DNA of 64,000 bases from positions 84,479 to 148,478 of the forward strand of contig DATNEY010000034.1 in NCBI GenBank assembly GCA_035606665.1. Reading direction: 5' to 3'. Source of the DNA: Vicinamibacterales bacterium (lineage in GTDB: Bacteria; Acidobacteriota; Vicinamibacteria; Vicinamibacterales; SCN-69-37). The notes under the pieces are model-generated. The model was not told where the DNA came from. It did not search any database and saw only the letters and a program-made list of their open reading frames with translations. Shown here piece by piece: positions 28,579-36,638 of this stretch (the first letter of the stretch is position 1; each line of letters starts with the position of its first letter). The position numbers and the translations under genes were made by a program.

Positions 28579-28681
28579 GAAGCTGCGCTCTGAAAAGTAT
28601 ATCGGTCGCGCGGTGCGGCCGGCCCTGACCACCTCCGCCAAGGCTATGGTGGTCCGCCGAAGCTTTACGCGAAGGCGGAAG

Positions 28682-28724
28682 GGCCGGCCTACATGTGTGT
28701 AGGCCGCGGCTTCAGTCCCGGCGG
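28682..28724. repeat. GC-rich REP-like element (GGGRCTGAAGCCSCGGCCTAC family), copy 1
   Basis: The reverse complement CCGCCGGGACTGAAGCCGCGGCCTACACACATGTAGGCC matches 62763..62788 apart from a few substitutions. It contains the hairpin GGCCTACA-TGTG-TGTAGGCC and supplies the last ~11 codons (PPGLKPRPTHM) of ubiE. Confidence 0.7.
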
Positions 28725-29480
28725 TCGTTCGGCGACATACAAGTAGACGGCGCCCAGCATCAGCGGGACGTAGCGAACGGAGGAAAAACCGGCCTGGCGA
28801 AGAATCGTCACAAATCCTTCACCGGACGGGAACGCCGAAACCGACGCCGGGAGGTAGTCATAGGCGTCCGCATGGCGCGAGATCATGCGGCCCACTTTTG
28901 GCAGCACGGCGCGGAAATACCACGCATAAACACCCGCCACCACCGGCGTCGTCGGCATGCCGAACTCGAGGATGGCCGCCCGGCCGCCCGGAACGAGCAC
29001 TCGGTGGAGCTCACGGCATCCGGCCAGGGGATCGGCGACGTTGCGGATCCCGAAGGCAATCGTCGCGGCATCGAACGACTGGTCCGCCACGGGCAGATGC
29101 ATGGCGTCGGCACGCGCGAGCGAGATCCGGCCCGCCAGACCCGCACGCCGGACCTTGTCGAGGCCGATCCGCAGCATCTCCCCGGCGAAGTCGATGCCGA
29201 GCACGGCCGACGCCGCCCCGCCACCGTGCGTTGCGCCCTCGATGGCGAGATCGCCGGTTCCCGTGCACACGTCGACCAGTCGCTCCCTGCCGGTCAGCCG
29301 GAGCTCGCGGATGGCGCGCCGCCGCCAGCGGCGATCCATGCCACCGCTGAGCAGGTGATTGAGGCGGTCGTACCGGAGCGCGATCGCGTCGAACATGCCG
29401 GCGATGCGCTCGGGCGCCTTGGACGTGGAAACCGTCACTCTGTCGTTTTCCGGGAGCTTCGCCCCGCGGACCCCCGACAC
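28689..29480 (-). CDS. ubiE: Demethylmenaquinone/ubiquinone methyltransferase
   Basis: FDAIALRYDRLNHLLSGGMDRRWRRRA and LVDVCTGTGDLA (SAM site) match UbiE/MenG. The exact start is uncertain (GTG). Confidence 0.88.
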   Translation of the reverse strand: MSGVRGAKLPENDRVTVSTSKAPERIAGMFDAIALRYDRLNHLLSGGMDRRWRRRAIRELRLTGRERLVDVCTGTGDLAIEGATHGGGAASAVLGIDFAGEMLRIGLDKVRRAGLAGRISLARADAMHLPVADQSFDAATIAFGIRNVADPLAGCRELHRVLVPGGRAAILEFGMPTTPVVAGVYAWYFRAVLPKVGRMISRHADAYDYLPASVSAFPSGEGFVTILRQAGFSSVRYVPLMLGAVYLYVAERPPGLKPRPTHM

Positions 29481-29540
29481 GCTCTCTCGCGGGGGCCGTT
29501 CAGCCCCGCTCCGTTCGCGTGGTTCGCTCGCATGGCTCGC
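29481..29540. repeat. GC-rich REP-like element (CTCGCGGGG..AGCCCCGCTCCG family), copy 1
   Basis: CTCGCGGGGGCCGTTCAGCCCCGCTCCGTTCGCG shares CTCGCGGGG and AGCCCCGCTCCG blocks with 61408..61445. Confidence 0.55.
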
Positions 29541-30152
29541 TCACTCGGGTTTCCATGGGGGAAACAGTTGCTGGTCGAAGCCCAGCACGTTGAGAATCTT
29601 CCCCGCCATGAACGAGGCGAGGTCGTCGATGGATTTCGGCTGCTGATAGAACGCCGGCATCGCCGGAAGGATCACGGCGCCGGCCTCGGCGCACGTGACC
29701 ATGTTGCGGAGCGACGGCAGGCTCATCGGCGTCTCGCGCGGGACCAGCACCAGGCGGCGATGCTCCTTGAGCATCACGTCGGCCGCGCGCTCGATCAGGC
29801 TCCGCGACAGGCCCAGGGCCACGCCGGCCAGGGTCTTCATCGAGCACGGGACGATCACCATCGCTTCGCATCGATGGCTGCCGCTCGCGAGGGACGCCCC
29901 CAGATCCTTGTTGCTGTGGATCACGAACTGGCCGCGCCCGACGCCGTCGCCGTATCGTGCGGTGAGGAGATCGCGCAGGCGCTCGACCCTGGCGTCCGGA
30001 CCGAGCTCGTCGAGCAGCAGGCGCTTGCCGTAGTCGCTGAACACGAGCTCGAGATCGCAACCGGCCTCGAGCAGCGCCGCGATCGTGCGCGCGGCGTAGA
30101 TCGCACCGCTCGCGCCGGTGACTGCGACCGCCAGTCTTCTCGTCTGCTGCAT
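29541..30152 (-). CDS. ubiX: Flavin prenyltransferase UbiX (MqnM-type in a futalosine context)
   Basis: RLAVAVTGASGAIYAAR...MVIVPCSMKTLAG. The start is moved to ATG 30152. Confidence 0.9.
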   Translation of the reverse strand: MQQTRRLAVAVTGASGAIYAARTIAALLEAGCDLELVFSDYGKRLLLDELGPDARVERLRDLLTARYGDGVGRGQFVIHSNKDLGASLASGSHRCEAMVIVPCSMKTLAGVALGLSRSLIERAADVMLKEHRRLVLVPRETPMSLPSLRNMVTCAEAGAVILPAMPAFYQQPKSIDDLASFMAGKILNVLGFDQQLFPPWKPE

Positions 30153-30178
30153 CAGTACTGAATCCTGCTTCGTCCGCC

Positions 30179-30205
30179 CGAACCCGAAACCCTGCGCCCT
30201 GAACC
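30179..30205. repeat. Solo GAACCCT/GAACCCG heptad element
   Basis: CGAACCCGAAACCCTGCGCCCTGAACC resembles the outer part of the inverted-repeat arm at 41578..41612. Confidence 0.5.
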
Positions 30206-30208
30206 GCG

Positions 30209-31066
30209 CTACCGCCAATACACCGCCAAAGCCGTGGTTGCGAGATACAGGACGCCGACCCAGCCGTTCATGTCGAACGCGCGCTTGACCTGCGACAAAT
30301 CGCTCGCGCTCACGAGCGACTGTTCCCAAACCAGCAGCAGCGCCACGAGCGCGACGCCGGCCGCGTACACCGGGCCGAGCGACGCGCGAACGCCGACGGC
30401 CACAAGGGCAACGATCGTCAGCACATGCAGCGCGCGCGAAATCGTGATCGATCGCGCGACGCCGAATCGTGTCGGGATGGAGTGCAGTCCTTCACGCCGA
30501 TCGAAGTCTACGTCCTGGCAGGCATAGAGGATGTCGAATCCGCCCACCCAGCAGCCGATGGCCAACCCGAGGATCCAGGGCTCGAGCGCGGAGGCGGCGC
30601 CGCCGGCAGCGAGCCAGCCGCCCACAGGGGCCACAGCCATGGCGAGCCCGAGAAACGCCTGCGTGAAGCTCGTCACGCGCTTCGCGAGCGAGTACCAGAA
30701 AACGATCGCCAGCGCGACGGGTGACAGCACGAAGCACATACCGCCGAGCGGATAGCTGCTCGCGATGAACACGACGGAGGACACGCCGACGAAGATTTTG
30801 GCCTCGCCCACCGACATCCGCCCGGCAGGCAGCTCGCGCATCGCCGTGCGCGGATTGCGCGCGTCGAATCCGGCGTCGACGAGGCGGTTGAAGCCCATCG
30901 CGGCGCTTCGCGCGCTCACCATGCAGAGAACAATCCAGATCAGTCGATCCCACGTGAACGGCGTGGTCCGGGCCGCGAGGATCGCGCCGACCAGCGCGAA
31001 CGGCAGCGCGAACACCGAGTGGCTGAAGCGGATGAACGACGCGTAGGTGCGGACGCGGGAAAGCAT
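30209..31066 (-). CDS. UbiA-family aromatic polyprenyltransferase (MqnP-like)
   Basis: NRLVDAGFDARNPRT and a second DxxxD-type block YACQDVDFD, with about 8 TM segments. Located inside the menaquinone operon. Confidence 0.85.
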   Translation of the reverse strand: MLSRVRTYASFIRFSHSVFALPFALVGAILAARTTPFTWDRLIWIVLCMVSARSAAMGFNRLVDAGFDARNPRTAMRELPAGRMSVGEAKIFVGVSSVVFIASSYPLGGMCFVLSPVALAIVFWYSLAKRVTSFTQAFLGLAMAVAPVGGWLAAGGAASALEPWILGLAIGCWVGGFDILYACQDVDFDRREGLHSIPTRFGVARSITISRALHVLTIVALVAVGVRASLGPVYAAGVALVALLLVWEQSLVSASDLSQVKRAFDMNGWVGVLYLATTALAVYWR

Positions 31067-31087
31067 CTGAACTGATATCAGGTCGGG

Positions 31088-32272
31088 TCAGGCCACGCGG
31101 CGAATCGCGCGGGCGGCGACGCCGCCGACCAGGTATTCTTCCACATCGCGTTCGGCCCGCGGAACGTCCACGGCCACGAGCGCCGCGCGTTTCCCGGGCG
31201 AGAGCGTGCCGAAGTCGCGTTCGAACCCGAGCGCCGCCGCACCACGCCGCGTGGCGCTTTCGAGCAGAGTCTCCGCCGTGAGCTCCGGCGCGAGCCGGCG
31301 CATCTCGGCGAGCTCGTCGAAGATGTTGAGCGTGGCCGTGGACGCCAGGCTGTCAGTCCCGACCGCGACCGGCGCCCCGGAAGCGTAGAAGTGCGGCAGC
31401 CTCGGTGCTCCGCCGCCCACCCACAGGTTGCTGCGCGGACACGTGACGATCACGCCCCCCGCCTGCCTGACGCGCTCCAGCGCACCGTCAGTCAAATGCA
31501 CGGCATGGACGATGAGCACACGGTCTCGGAGATAGCCGAGGTCCGCGATGAATTGCACGGGGTCGCAGGCGGGAATCGGCCACTCGCCGGTCCACAGACC
31601 GAGCGTTTCGAGCACCTGGCGGATCGGCCCCGTGCCGCTGCGCAAGAACTCCACTTCTTCCACGGACTCTCCCAGGTGAATCGCAAGCTGGCCGGCATCG
31701 CTCCGCCGGGCGATTTCCCGGAACAGCGCCGGCGAGACGGAGTACGGAGCGTGCGCGACCACGGAATAGCGGAGCGGCGTGGGAAGCGCGGCGACTCGCT
31801 CCCAGGCTTCGCGGACCGATCGCGCGGGATCCTGATCGTTGAACCCGAGGATCTCGTGAAATACCACGCCCTCGAGGCCCGCGTCGATCAGAACCTGCGG
31901 CGACGCCAGCGTGTTGGAGATGTCGCCGACGAGCACCGTGCCTGTGTCGCGCATCGCGGCCGCCGCCCGCTTCATCGCGGCGACCGCCTCGGGCTGACCG
32001 CCTTCCGGTCCGCGTCTTCGCACGGTCATGAGCGACTGAATCCACGCGTCCATGGAGGGCGCGGGCGGCACGAGGCCCTCCATCCAGGCGAGCTCGAGGT
32101 GCGTGTGGGCGTTGACGAGGCCCGGAAGGAGAACGACGTCGCCGAGGTCCGAGGCGCCCGCTGGCGGCGCACCGGCGCCTACCCGCGTGATGCGCCCTTC
32201 CTCGGTCTCGACCCAGCCGCCGTCGATCCGAGGGCGGTCGATCGGCAGCACCCAGCGGGCGCGCCAGATCAC
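31088..32272 (-). CDS. Amidohydrolase-superfamily deaminase, probably aminodeoxyfutalosine deaminase
   Basis: LPGLVNAHTHLEL (HxH metal site), ...HLGES..., ...VGTDS.... The specific role is inferred from its position directly after mqnA and the MqnE/MqnC-type radical SAM gene. Confidence 0.6.
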   Translation of the reverse strand: MIWRARWVLPIDRPRIDGGWVETEEGRITRVGAGAPPAGASDLGDVVLLPGLVNAHTHLELAWMEGLVPPAPSMDAWIQSLMTVRRRGPEGGQPEAVAAMKRAAAAMRDTGTVLVGDISNTLASPQVLIDAGLEGVVFHEILGFNDQDPARSVREAWERVAALPTPLRYSVVAHAPYSVSPALFREIARRSDAGQLAIHLGESVEEVEFLRSGTGPIRQVLETLGLWTGEWPIPACDPVQFIADLGYLRDRVLIVHAVHLTDGALERVRQAGGVIVTCPRSNLWVGGGAPRLPHFYASGAPVAVGTDSLASTATLNIFDELAEMRRLAPELTAETLLESATRRGAAALGFERDFGTLSPGKRAALVAVDVPRAERDVEEYLVGGVAARAIRRVA

Positions 32273-33483
32273 TGCGCCTCGCGTGCCCGGCGGCCCGTGG
32301 CACTGCGGGCGGCGTAGCCGCGGAGATCCTCGGCCTCGCCGGCCTGGCCGTCGGCGCGGGCAACCGCCAGCTCGAGCATGCGCGGAATGTTGCGCTCGCG
32401 GAACACCGGATCGCCCAGCACTTCGTAGTGCATGTTGCGGCGCTTCGGGGCGAACCCGGCGCTCTCGATATTACGGACGACCTCGAACTCGTCCATGCAG
32501 TACTCGGCGCCGGCCGCGCGGACGACGTTCTCCTCGATCATCACGCTGCCCATGTCATTCGCGCCGTAGGCCAGGCTCAGTTGTCCGACCTTGCCGCCCT
32601 GCGTCACCCACGACGACTGCAGATTGTCGAAGTTGTCGAGCACGAGCCGCGAGATCGCAAGTGTCCGCAGATAGTCGACGCCGGTGGCTTCCGTACCGCC
32701 GAGCTCGGTGTGCTGCGGCTGATAGCTCCAGGCGATGAACGCCGTGAAACCGCCGGTCTCATCCTGCAACGACCGCAGCCGGAACAGATGCTCGAGGCGT
32801 TCCTCGACCGTCTCGACGGTTCCGTACATCATCGTCGCCGTCGTCCGAAGGCCCGCACGGTGCGCGTGGCGCATGACGTCGAGCCACTCGTCGGCCGTGG
32901 CCTTGTTGTAACAGTTGAGCTCTCTGCGAACGCGGTCGACCAGAATCTCCGCGCCCCCGCCCGGGACGCTGTCCAGGCCGGCGGCGATCAGCCGATCGAT
33001 CACGGCCGGCACGGGCAATTGCGAGAGTCTCGAGATGTGAATGATTTCCGGCGGCGACAGCGCGTGCAGCTTGAACGCCGGGAACTTCGCCTTCACCGAT
33101 CGAAACAAATCCTCGTACCACTGCAGTGGCACGTCGGGGTTGTGGCCGCCTTGGAGCAAGAGCTGATTGCCGCCGAGACGAATGGTCTCCTCGATCTTCC
33201 GGTGGATTTCCTCGAATCCGAGTGTGTAGCCCTCGGCGGATCCCACGGGCCGGTAAAACGCGCAGAACTTGCAGCGCGCGACGCAGACGTTCGTGTAGTT
33301 GACGTTGCGGTCGATGATGTACGTGACGAGCCCGTGGGGATGCTTCGATCGGCGCACGTCATCGGCGAGCCGGCCCAGCAGCGCCGTCGGCGCCTGGTTG
33401 TACAGCGTAAGAGCGGTCTCCGGCGTGAGCCGGACGCCCTGCTTGTACGCCGCGACAATCGCGGCAACCTCGTCCTGGGTCAT
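32269..33483 (-). CDS. Radical SAM menaquinone enzyme of the MqnE/MqnC (CofH-like) family
   Basis: NYTNVCVARCKFCAFYR (CxxxCxxC) and ...GANDMGSVMIEENV.... MqnE (aminofutalosine synthase) is favoured only because of the mqnA - X - deaminase order. Confidence 0.8.
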   Translation of the reverse strand: MTQDEVAAIVAAYKQGVRLTPETALTLYNQAPTALLGRLADDVRRSKHPHGLVTYIIDRNVNYTNVCVARCKFCAFYRPVGSAEGYTLGFEEIHRKIEETIRLGGNQLLLQGGHNPDVPLQWYEDLFRSVKAKFPAFKLHALSPPEIIHISRLSQLPVPAVIDRLIAAGLDSVPGGGAEILVDRVRRELNCYNKATADEWLDVMRHAHRAGLRTTATMMYGTVETVEERLEHLFRLRSLQDETGGFTAFIAWSYQPQHTELGGTEATGVDYLRTLAISRLVLDNFDNLQSSWVTQGGKVGQLSLAYGANDMGSVMIEENVVRAAGAEYCMDEFEVVRNIESAGFAPKRRNMHYEVLGDPVFRERNIPRMLELAVARADGQAGEAEDLRGYAARSATGRRAREAQ

Positions 33484-34310
33484 CGGTCTATTGTCCGCTC
33501 GCCATAGAACGCGATCAAATCCGCTGTCGCGGAGACGGAGACTCCCAGGCTCACCGCCTCGCGAAAGTAGGTTTCGAGGCCTTCAATCGCCCGCGGCGAC
33601 AACTCGAACATCAGATTCTCTCGCAGGTAACGCCGGCCTGTGGCCTGTCGCTCGGGCCAGTCAGCGAGATACGCGTCTGCGACTGCGTCTGACTGCCGCA
33701 TGCCTTCCGCAGCGGCGGCTTGAAGCAGGGCCACCACGTCAGGACTCGCTACGCCGGCACGGCCGGACCAGAACGCCCACACGAACGGAAGGCCGGTCAT
33801 GGCCGTCCACTCCGCGCCGAGGTCCGTCTTCGAAGCCCCGCGGGCCGAATGGTCGACGAACAGTGCCGGATCGCCGATGAGCAACGCTGCATCCGCTGCC
33901 GCAAGCATCGCGTCCAGATCCGGCACATGCGGCACGAAGACGGGATCGATCCCGAATCGGCGCGCGCAGAGGATCCGGGTCAGCGCGGCGGACGTTCGCG
34001 AGGAGGAGTCGAGCGCAATCGAGCGCACCTGGTTCAGCGGTCTCCGGTGGAACAGGGCAACCGACGCCACCGGCCCGTCCGAACCGATGCAGATCCCCGG
34101 CACAATCCGATCGCCAGGCCGATCGAGGTACGTGATCGTCGGCACCATGCCGAGATCGATGTCACCGGAGTCGAGCAGTGCCGCGCAGACGGAAGGCACA
34201 TCGAATCGCAGTGACACGCGATCCGGATGCCGATCGAGGCCGTGCACCAGTGGCCGAACGTTCAGATAGTCGACGGCGCCAAGACGGACCGGACGAGCTA
34301 CTTCGGCCAT
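33480..34310 (-). CDS. mqnA: Chorismate dehydratase MqnA
   Basis: VRLGAVDYLNVRPLVHGL is the MqnA-type N-terminus. The MqnD-type SPCPND motif is absent. Confidence 0.8.
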   Translation of the reverse strand: MAEVARPVRLGAVDYLNVRPLVHGLDRHPDRVSLRFDVPSVCAALLDSGDIDLGMVPTITYLDRPGDRIVPGICIGSDGPVASVALFHRRPLNQVRSIALDSSSRTSAALTRILCARRFGIDPVFVPHVPDLDAMLAAADAALLIGDPALFVDHSARGASKTDLGAEWTAMTGLPFVWAFWSGRAGVASPDVVALLQAAAAEGMRQSDAVADAYLADWPERQATGRRYLRENLMFELSPRAIEGLETYFREAVSLGVSVSATADLIAFYGERTIDR

Positions 34311-35194
34311 TCGTACCGACCGTCGCGTTCAACGGGCACGCACCCGGCGGCGCGAATCTGCCGTTCGATGTCTTCCTTCGGCGAGCGGCGCTGTCCCAGG
34401 CCCAACACATCGATGACCGCGATGCCGTCGATGTCGTTCGCACCGTAGCAGATGGCGACCTGCGCGAGCTTGGGCCCGTACAGCGGCCAGTCGACCTGGA
34501 TGAATGGAATCGCCCGCGCCATCAGTCTGGCCGCCGCTATCGTGCGCACGTCGTCGTAACCGGTCGCCGGAGCTTCGGACGGGTCGAGCCTCGGCAGGGG
34601 CGCGAGCGCCCGCAGCGCGGACGTCTCCTTCTGAATCTCAACGGCTCGCTCGACCAGGGCGAGCCGCGCACCGATGTCCGCGCGCTCGATCGTGGCTCTG
34701 CGCACGGCGAGGCCGCCGTGCAGCACCGCGCGCACGACCTCGATCGCGTTCTCGGTGTCGCCGAGCAGATCGAGTGGCGCATCCGCCACCGCATCGAGGC
34801 CCGCTGCCTTCAACGCGCCGGCAAGGTCAGACAGCGCCAGGTGATCTCCGTTGGAGATCTGAAGCAACGCGCCAAGTGAAAATCCGGTCAGTGGCTTCCC
34901 TGCCGCGGACGCGACCGTGCGGCCCACTATCGAGATCGCTTCGTCGGCGGACGCGGGTGCCTGCGTGATCCGGACCTCACCCGCGTGATCGGCGCCCGCG
35001 ACGGCGCCGGCCCCGGTGGTGCCGGCTATCCTGCAGTAAGCAACTCTGTCACCCGTCGTCGCGATGCGCGCCTGCTCGCCAAGCACGCCGACACTGACCA
35101 GATCGGGATCCGTGAGCAGCGCCTCGGCTTGTGCCAGCGTGAGCGGCGTGCCGGCCGCGACAATTTCTTCAAACTGACTAACGCTTGGCGTCAC
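34298..35194 (-). CDS. MqnC/MqnE-like paralogue lacking the radical SAM cysteine motif
   Basis: The C-terminus TGYDDVRTIAAARLMARAIPFIQVDWPLYGPKLAQVAICYGANDIDG aligns with TGVDYLRTLAISRLVLDNFDNLQSSWVTQGGKVGQLSLAYGANDMG of the neighbour. There is no CxxxCxxC anywhere. GTG 35194 is a tentative start. Confidence 0.6.
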   Translation of the reverse strand: MTPSVSQFEEIVAAGTPLTLAQAEALLTDPDLVSVGVLGEQARIATTGDRVAYCRIAGTTGAGAVAGADHAGEVRITQAPASADEAISIVGRTVASAAGKPLTGFSLGALLQISNGDHLALSDLAGALKAAGLDAVADAPLDLLGDTENAIEVVRAVLHGGLAVRRATIERADIGARLALVERAVEIQKETSALRALAPLPRLDPSEAPATGYDDVRTIAAARLMARAIPFIQVDWPLYGPKLAQVAICYGANDIDGIAVIDVLGLGQRRSPKEDIERQIRAAGCVPVERDGRYEWPK

Positions 35195-36638
35195 GATTGC
35201 TGATCTTCTCCCAGAGCGCACCGGCTTTCTTCGCCGCGGCCTCGGTTGTGACGAGGCGCTTCGGCCATTCGCGACGCAGGCCTTCCTCAGGCCACTTACG
35301 AGTGGCATCGATGCCCATCTTTCCGCCGAACGAGGGCATGACCGCGGCATCGTCGAGGTCGTCCACGGGCCCGGTCACGACTTGGATGTCGCGCGACGGA
35401 TCGACGTGCGTGCCGGCAATCCACGCGACCTCGGCCTCGTTCTGCACATTGACGTCCTTGTCGACGACGACGATGCACTTGGAGAACATGAGCTGGCCGA
35501 GCCCCCAGAACGCGCTCATGATCTTGCGCGCGTGGCCTGGATAGCGCTTGTCGATCGAAACGAACACGTAGTTGTGGAATATGCCGGCCGCCGGGAAATG
35601 CATGTCGACGATCTCGGGTACCGTCTTCTTGATCAGCGGCAGGAAGATCCGCTCGCTGGCCATGCCGAGGTAGTAGTCCTCCATCGGCGGAATGCCGACG
35701 ACTGTCGTGACGTACACCGGATTGCGCCGCTGCGTCATGCACGTCATGTGAAACACGGGAAAATCGTCGGCCAGGGAATACAGACCGGTGTGATCCCCGA
35801 ACGGTCCTTCTTTCCGCCGCTCGCCGGGCTCGACGTAGCCCTCCAGCACGATCTGTGACTGCGCGGGTACTTCAAGGTCGATGGTGCGACACTTGACCAT
35901 TTCGACGCGCCGTTTCGACAACACCCCCGCGAGCATCAGCTCGTCGAGGCCCTCGGGCATGGGCGCCGTCGCGCAGTACTGGAGGACCGGATCCGCGCCG
36001 AGGGCCACGGCCACTTCGAGGCGCTTCCCCATCCGCTCCGCCACGCGATGGTGCTGCGCTCCGCCTTTGTGCCGCTGCCAGTGCATGCCGGTCGTGCGAC
36101 GGTCGTACACCTGCATGCGGTACGTGCCGATGTTGCGCATGCCGGTTTCGGGATCGCGCGTAATCACGAGCGGCAGCGTGATGAAGGGGCCGCCGTCTTC
36201 GGGCCAGGTCGTGAGCACGGGCAGCTCATCCAGGCCGCCGTCTGTCTTCACGACTTCCTGACAGGGCGCGTCCTTCACCGTCCTCGGCATCAGATCCATG
36301 AGGCGCGTCGCGAGCGGCATCATCTTGAGCGCGTCCATGAAGCCGCGCGGTTGGGGCGGCGTCGTCAGTTCCTCGATTTCGCGGGCGAGTTCGTCGAGAT
36401 GGTTGACGCCCAGCGCCAGGCAGATGCGTGCCATCGAGCCGTAGATGTTCGCGGCGACCGCAATCGTGTGCTTGCCTGGTTTCTCGAAGAGAAGGCCGGG
36501 CCCGCCGCCGGGTGCCTTCGACGCCTTGTCGATGAGCGCGGCAATCTCCAGGTGCGGATCGACCACGTCCGTGATGCGGGCCAGCTCACCACGCTTGTCG
36601 AGATCGGCAATGAATGCGCTGACGTCTACGTACGACAT
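35178..36638 (-). CDS. ubiD: UbiD-family (prenyl-FMN dependent) decarboxylase, menaquinone type
   Basis: 486 aa, MSYVDVSAFIADLDKRGEL...NIGTYRMQV...GGAQHH.... Paired with ubiX in the same operon. Confidence 0.88.
   Translation of the reverse strand: MSYVDVSAFIADLDKRGELARITDVVDPHLEIAALIDKASKAPGGGPGLLFEKPGKHTIAVAANIYGSMARICLALGVNHLDELAREIEELTTPPQPRGFMDALKMMPLATRLMDLMPRTVKDAPCQEVVKTDGGLDELPVLTTWPEDGGPFITLPLVITRDPETGMRNIGTYRMQVYDRRTTGMHWQRHKGGAQHHRVAERMGKRLEVAVALGADPVLQYCATAPMPEGLDELMLAGVLSKRRVEMVKCRTIDLEVPAQSQIVLEGYVEPGERRKEGPFGDHTGLYSLADDFPVFHMTCMTQRRNPVYVTTVVGIPPMEDYYLGMASERIFLPLIKKTVPEIVDMHFPAAGIFHNYVFVSIDKRYPGHARKIMSAFWGLGQLMFSKCIVVVDKDVNVQNEAEVAWIAGTHVDPSRDIQVVTGPVDDLDDAAVMPSFGGKMGIDATRKWPEEGLRREWPKRLVTTEAAAKKAGALWEKISNRDAKR

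Noticed and set aside
28695-30161. Long antisense ORFs in the track: 28695..30161 +, 62730..63950 +, 42999..44726 +, 49385..51346 +, 1268..2728 +, 39821..40936 - and many shorter ones.
   Set aside because: Each lies opposite a gene with clear family motifs. Their products are Arg/Ala/Pro/Gly-rich with no recognisable domains, as expected for stop-poor antisense frames in high-GC DNA.
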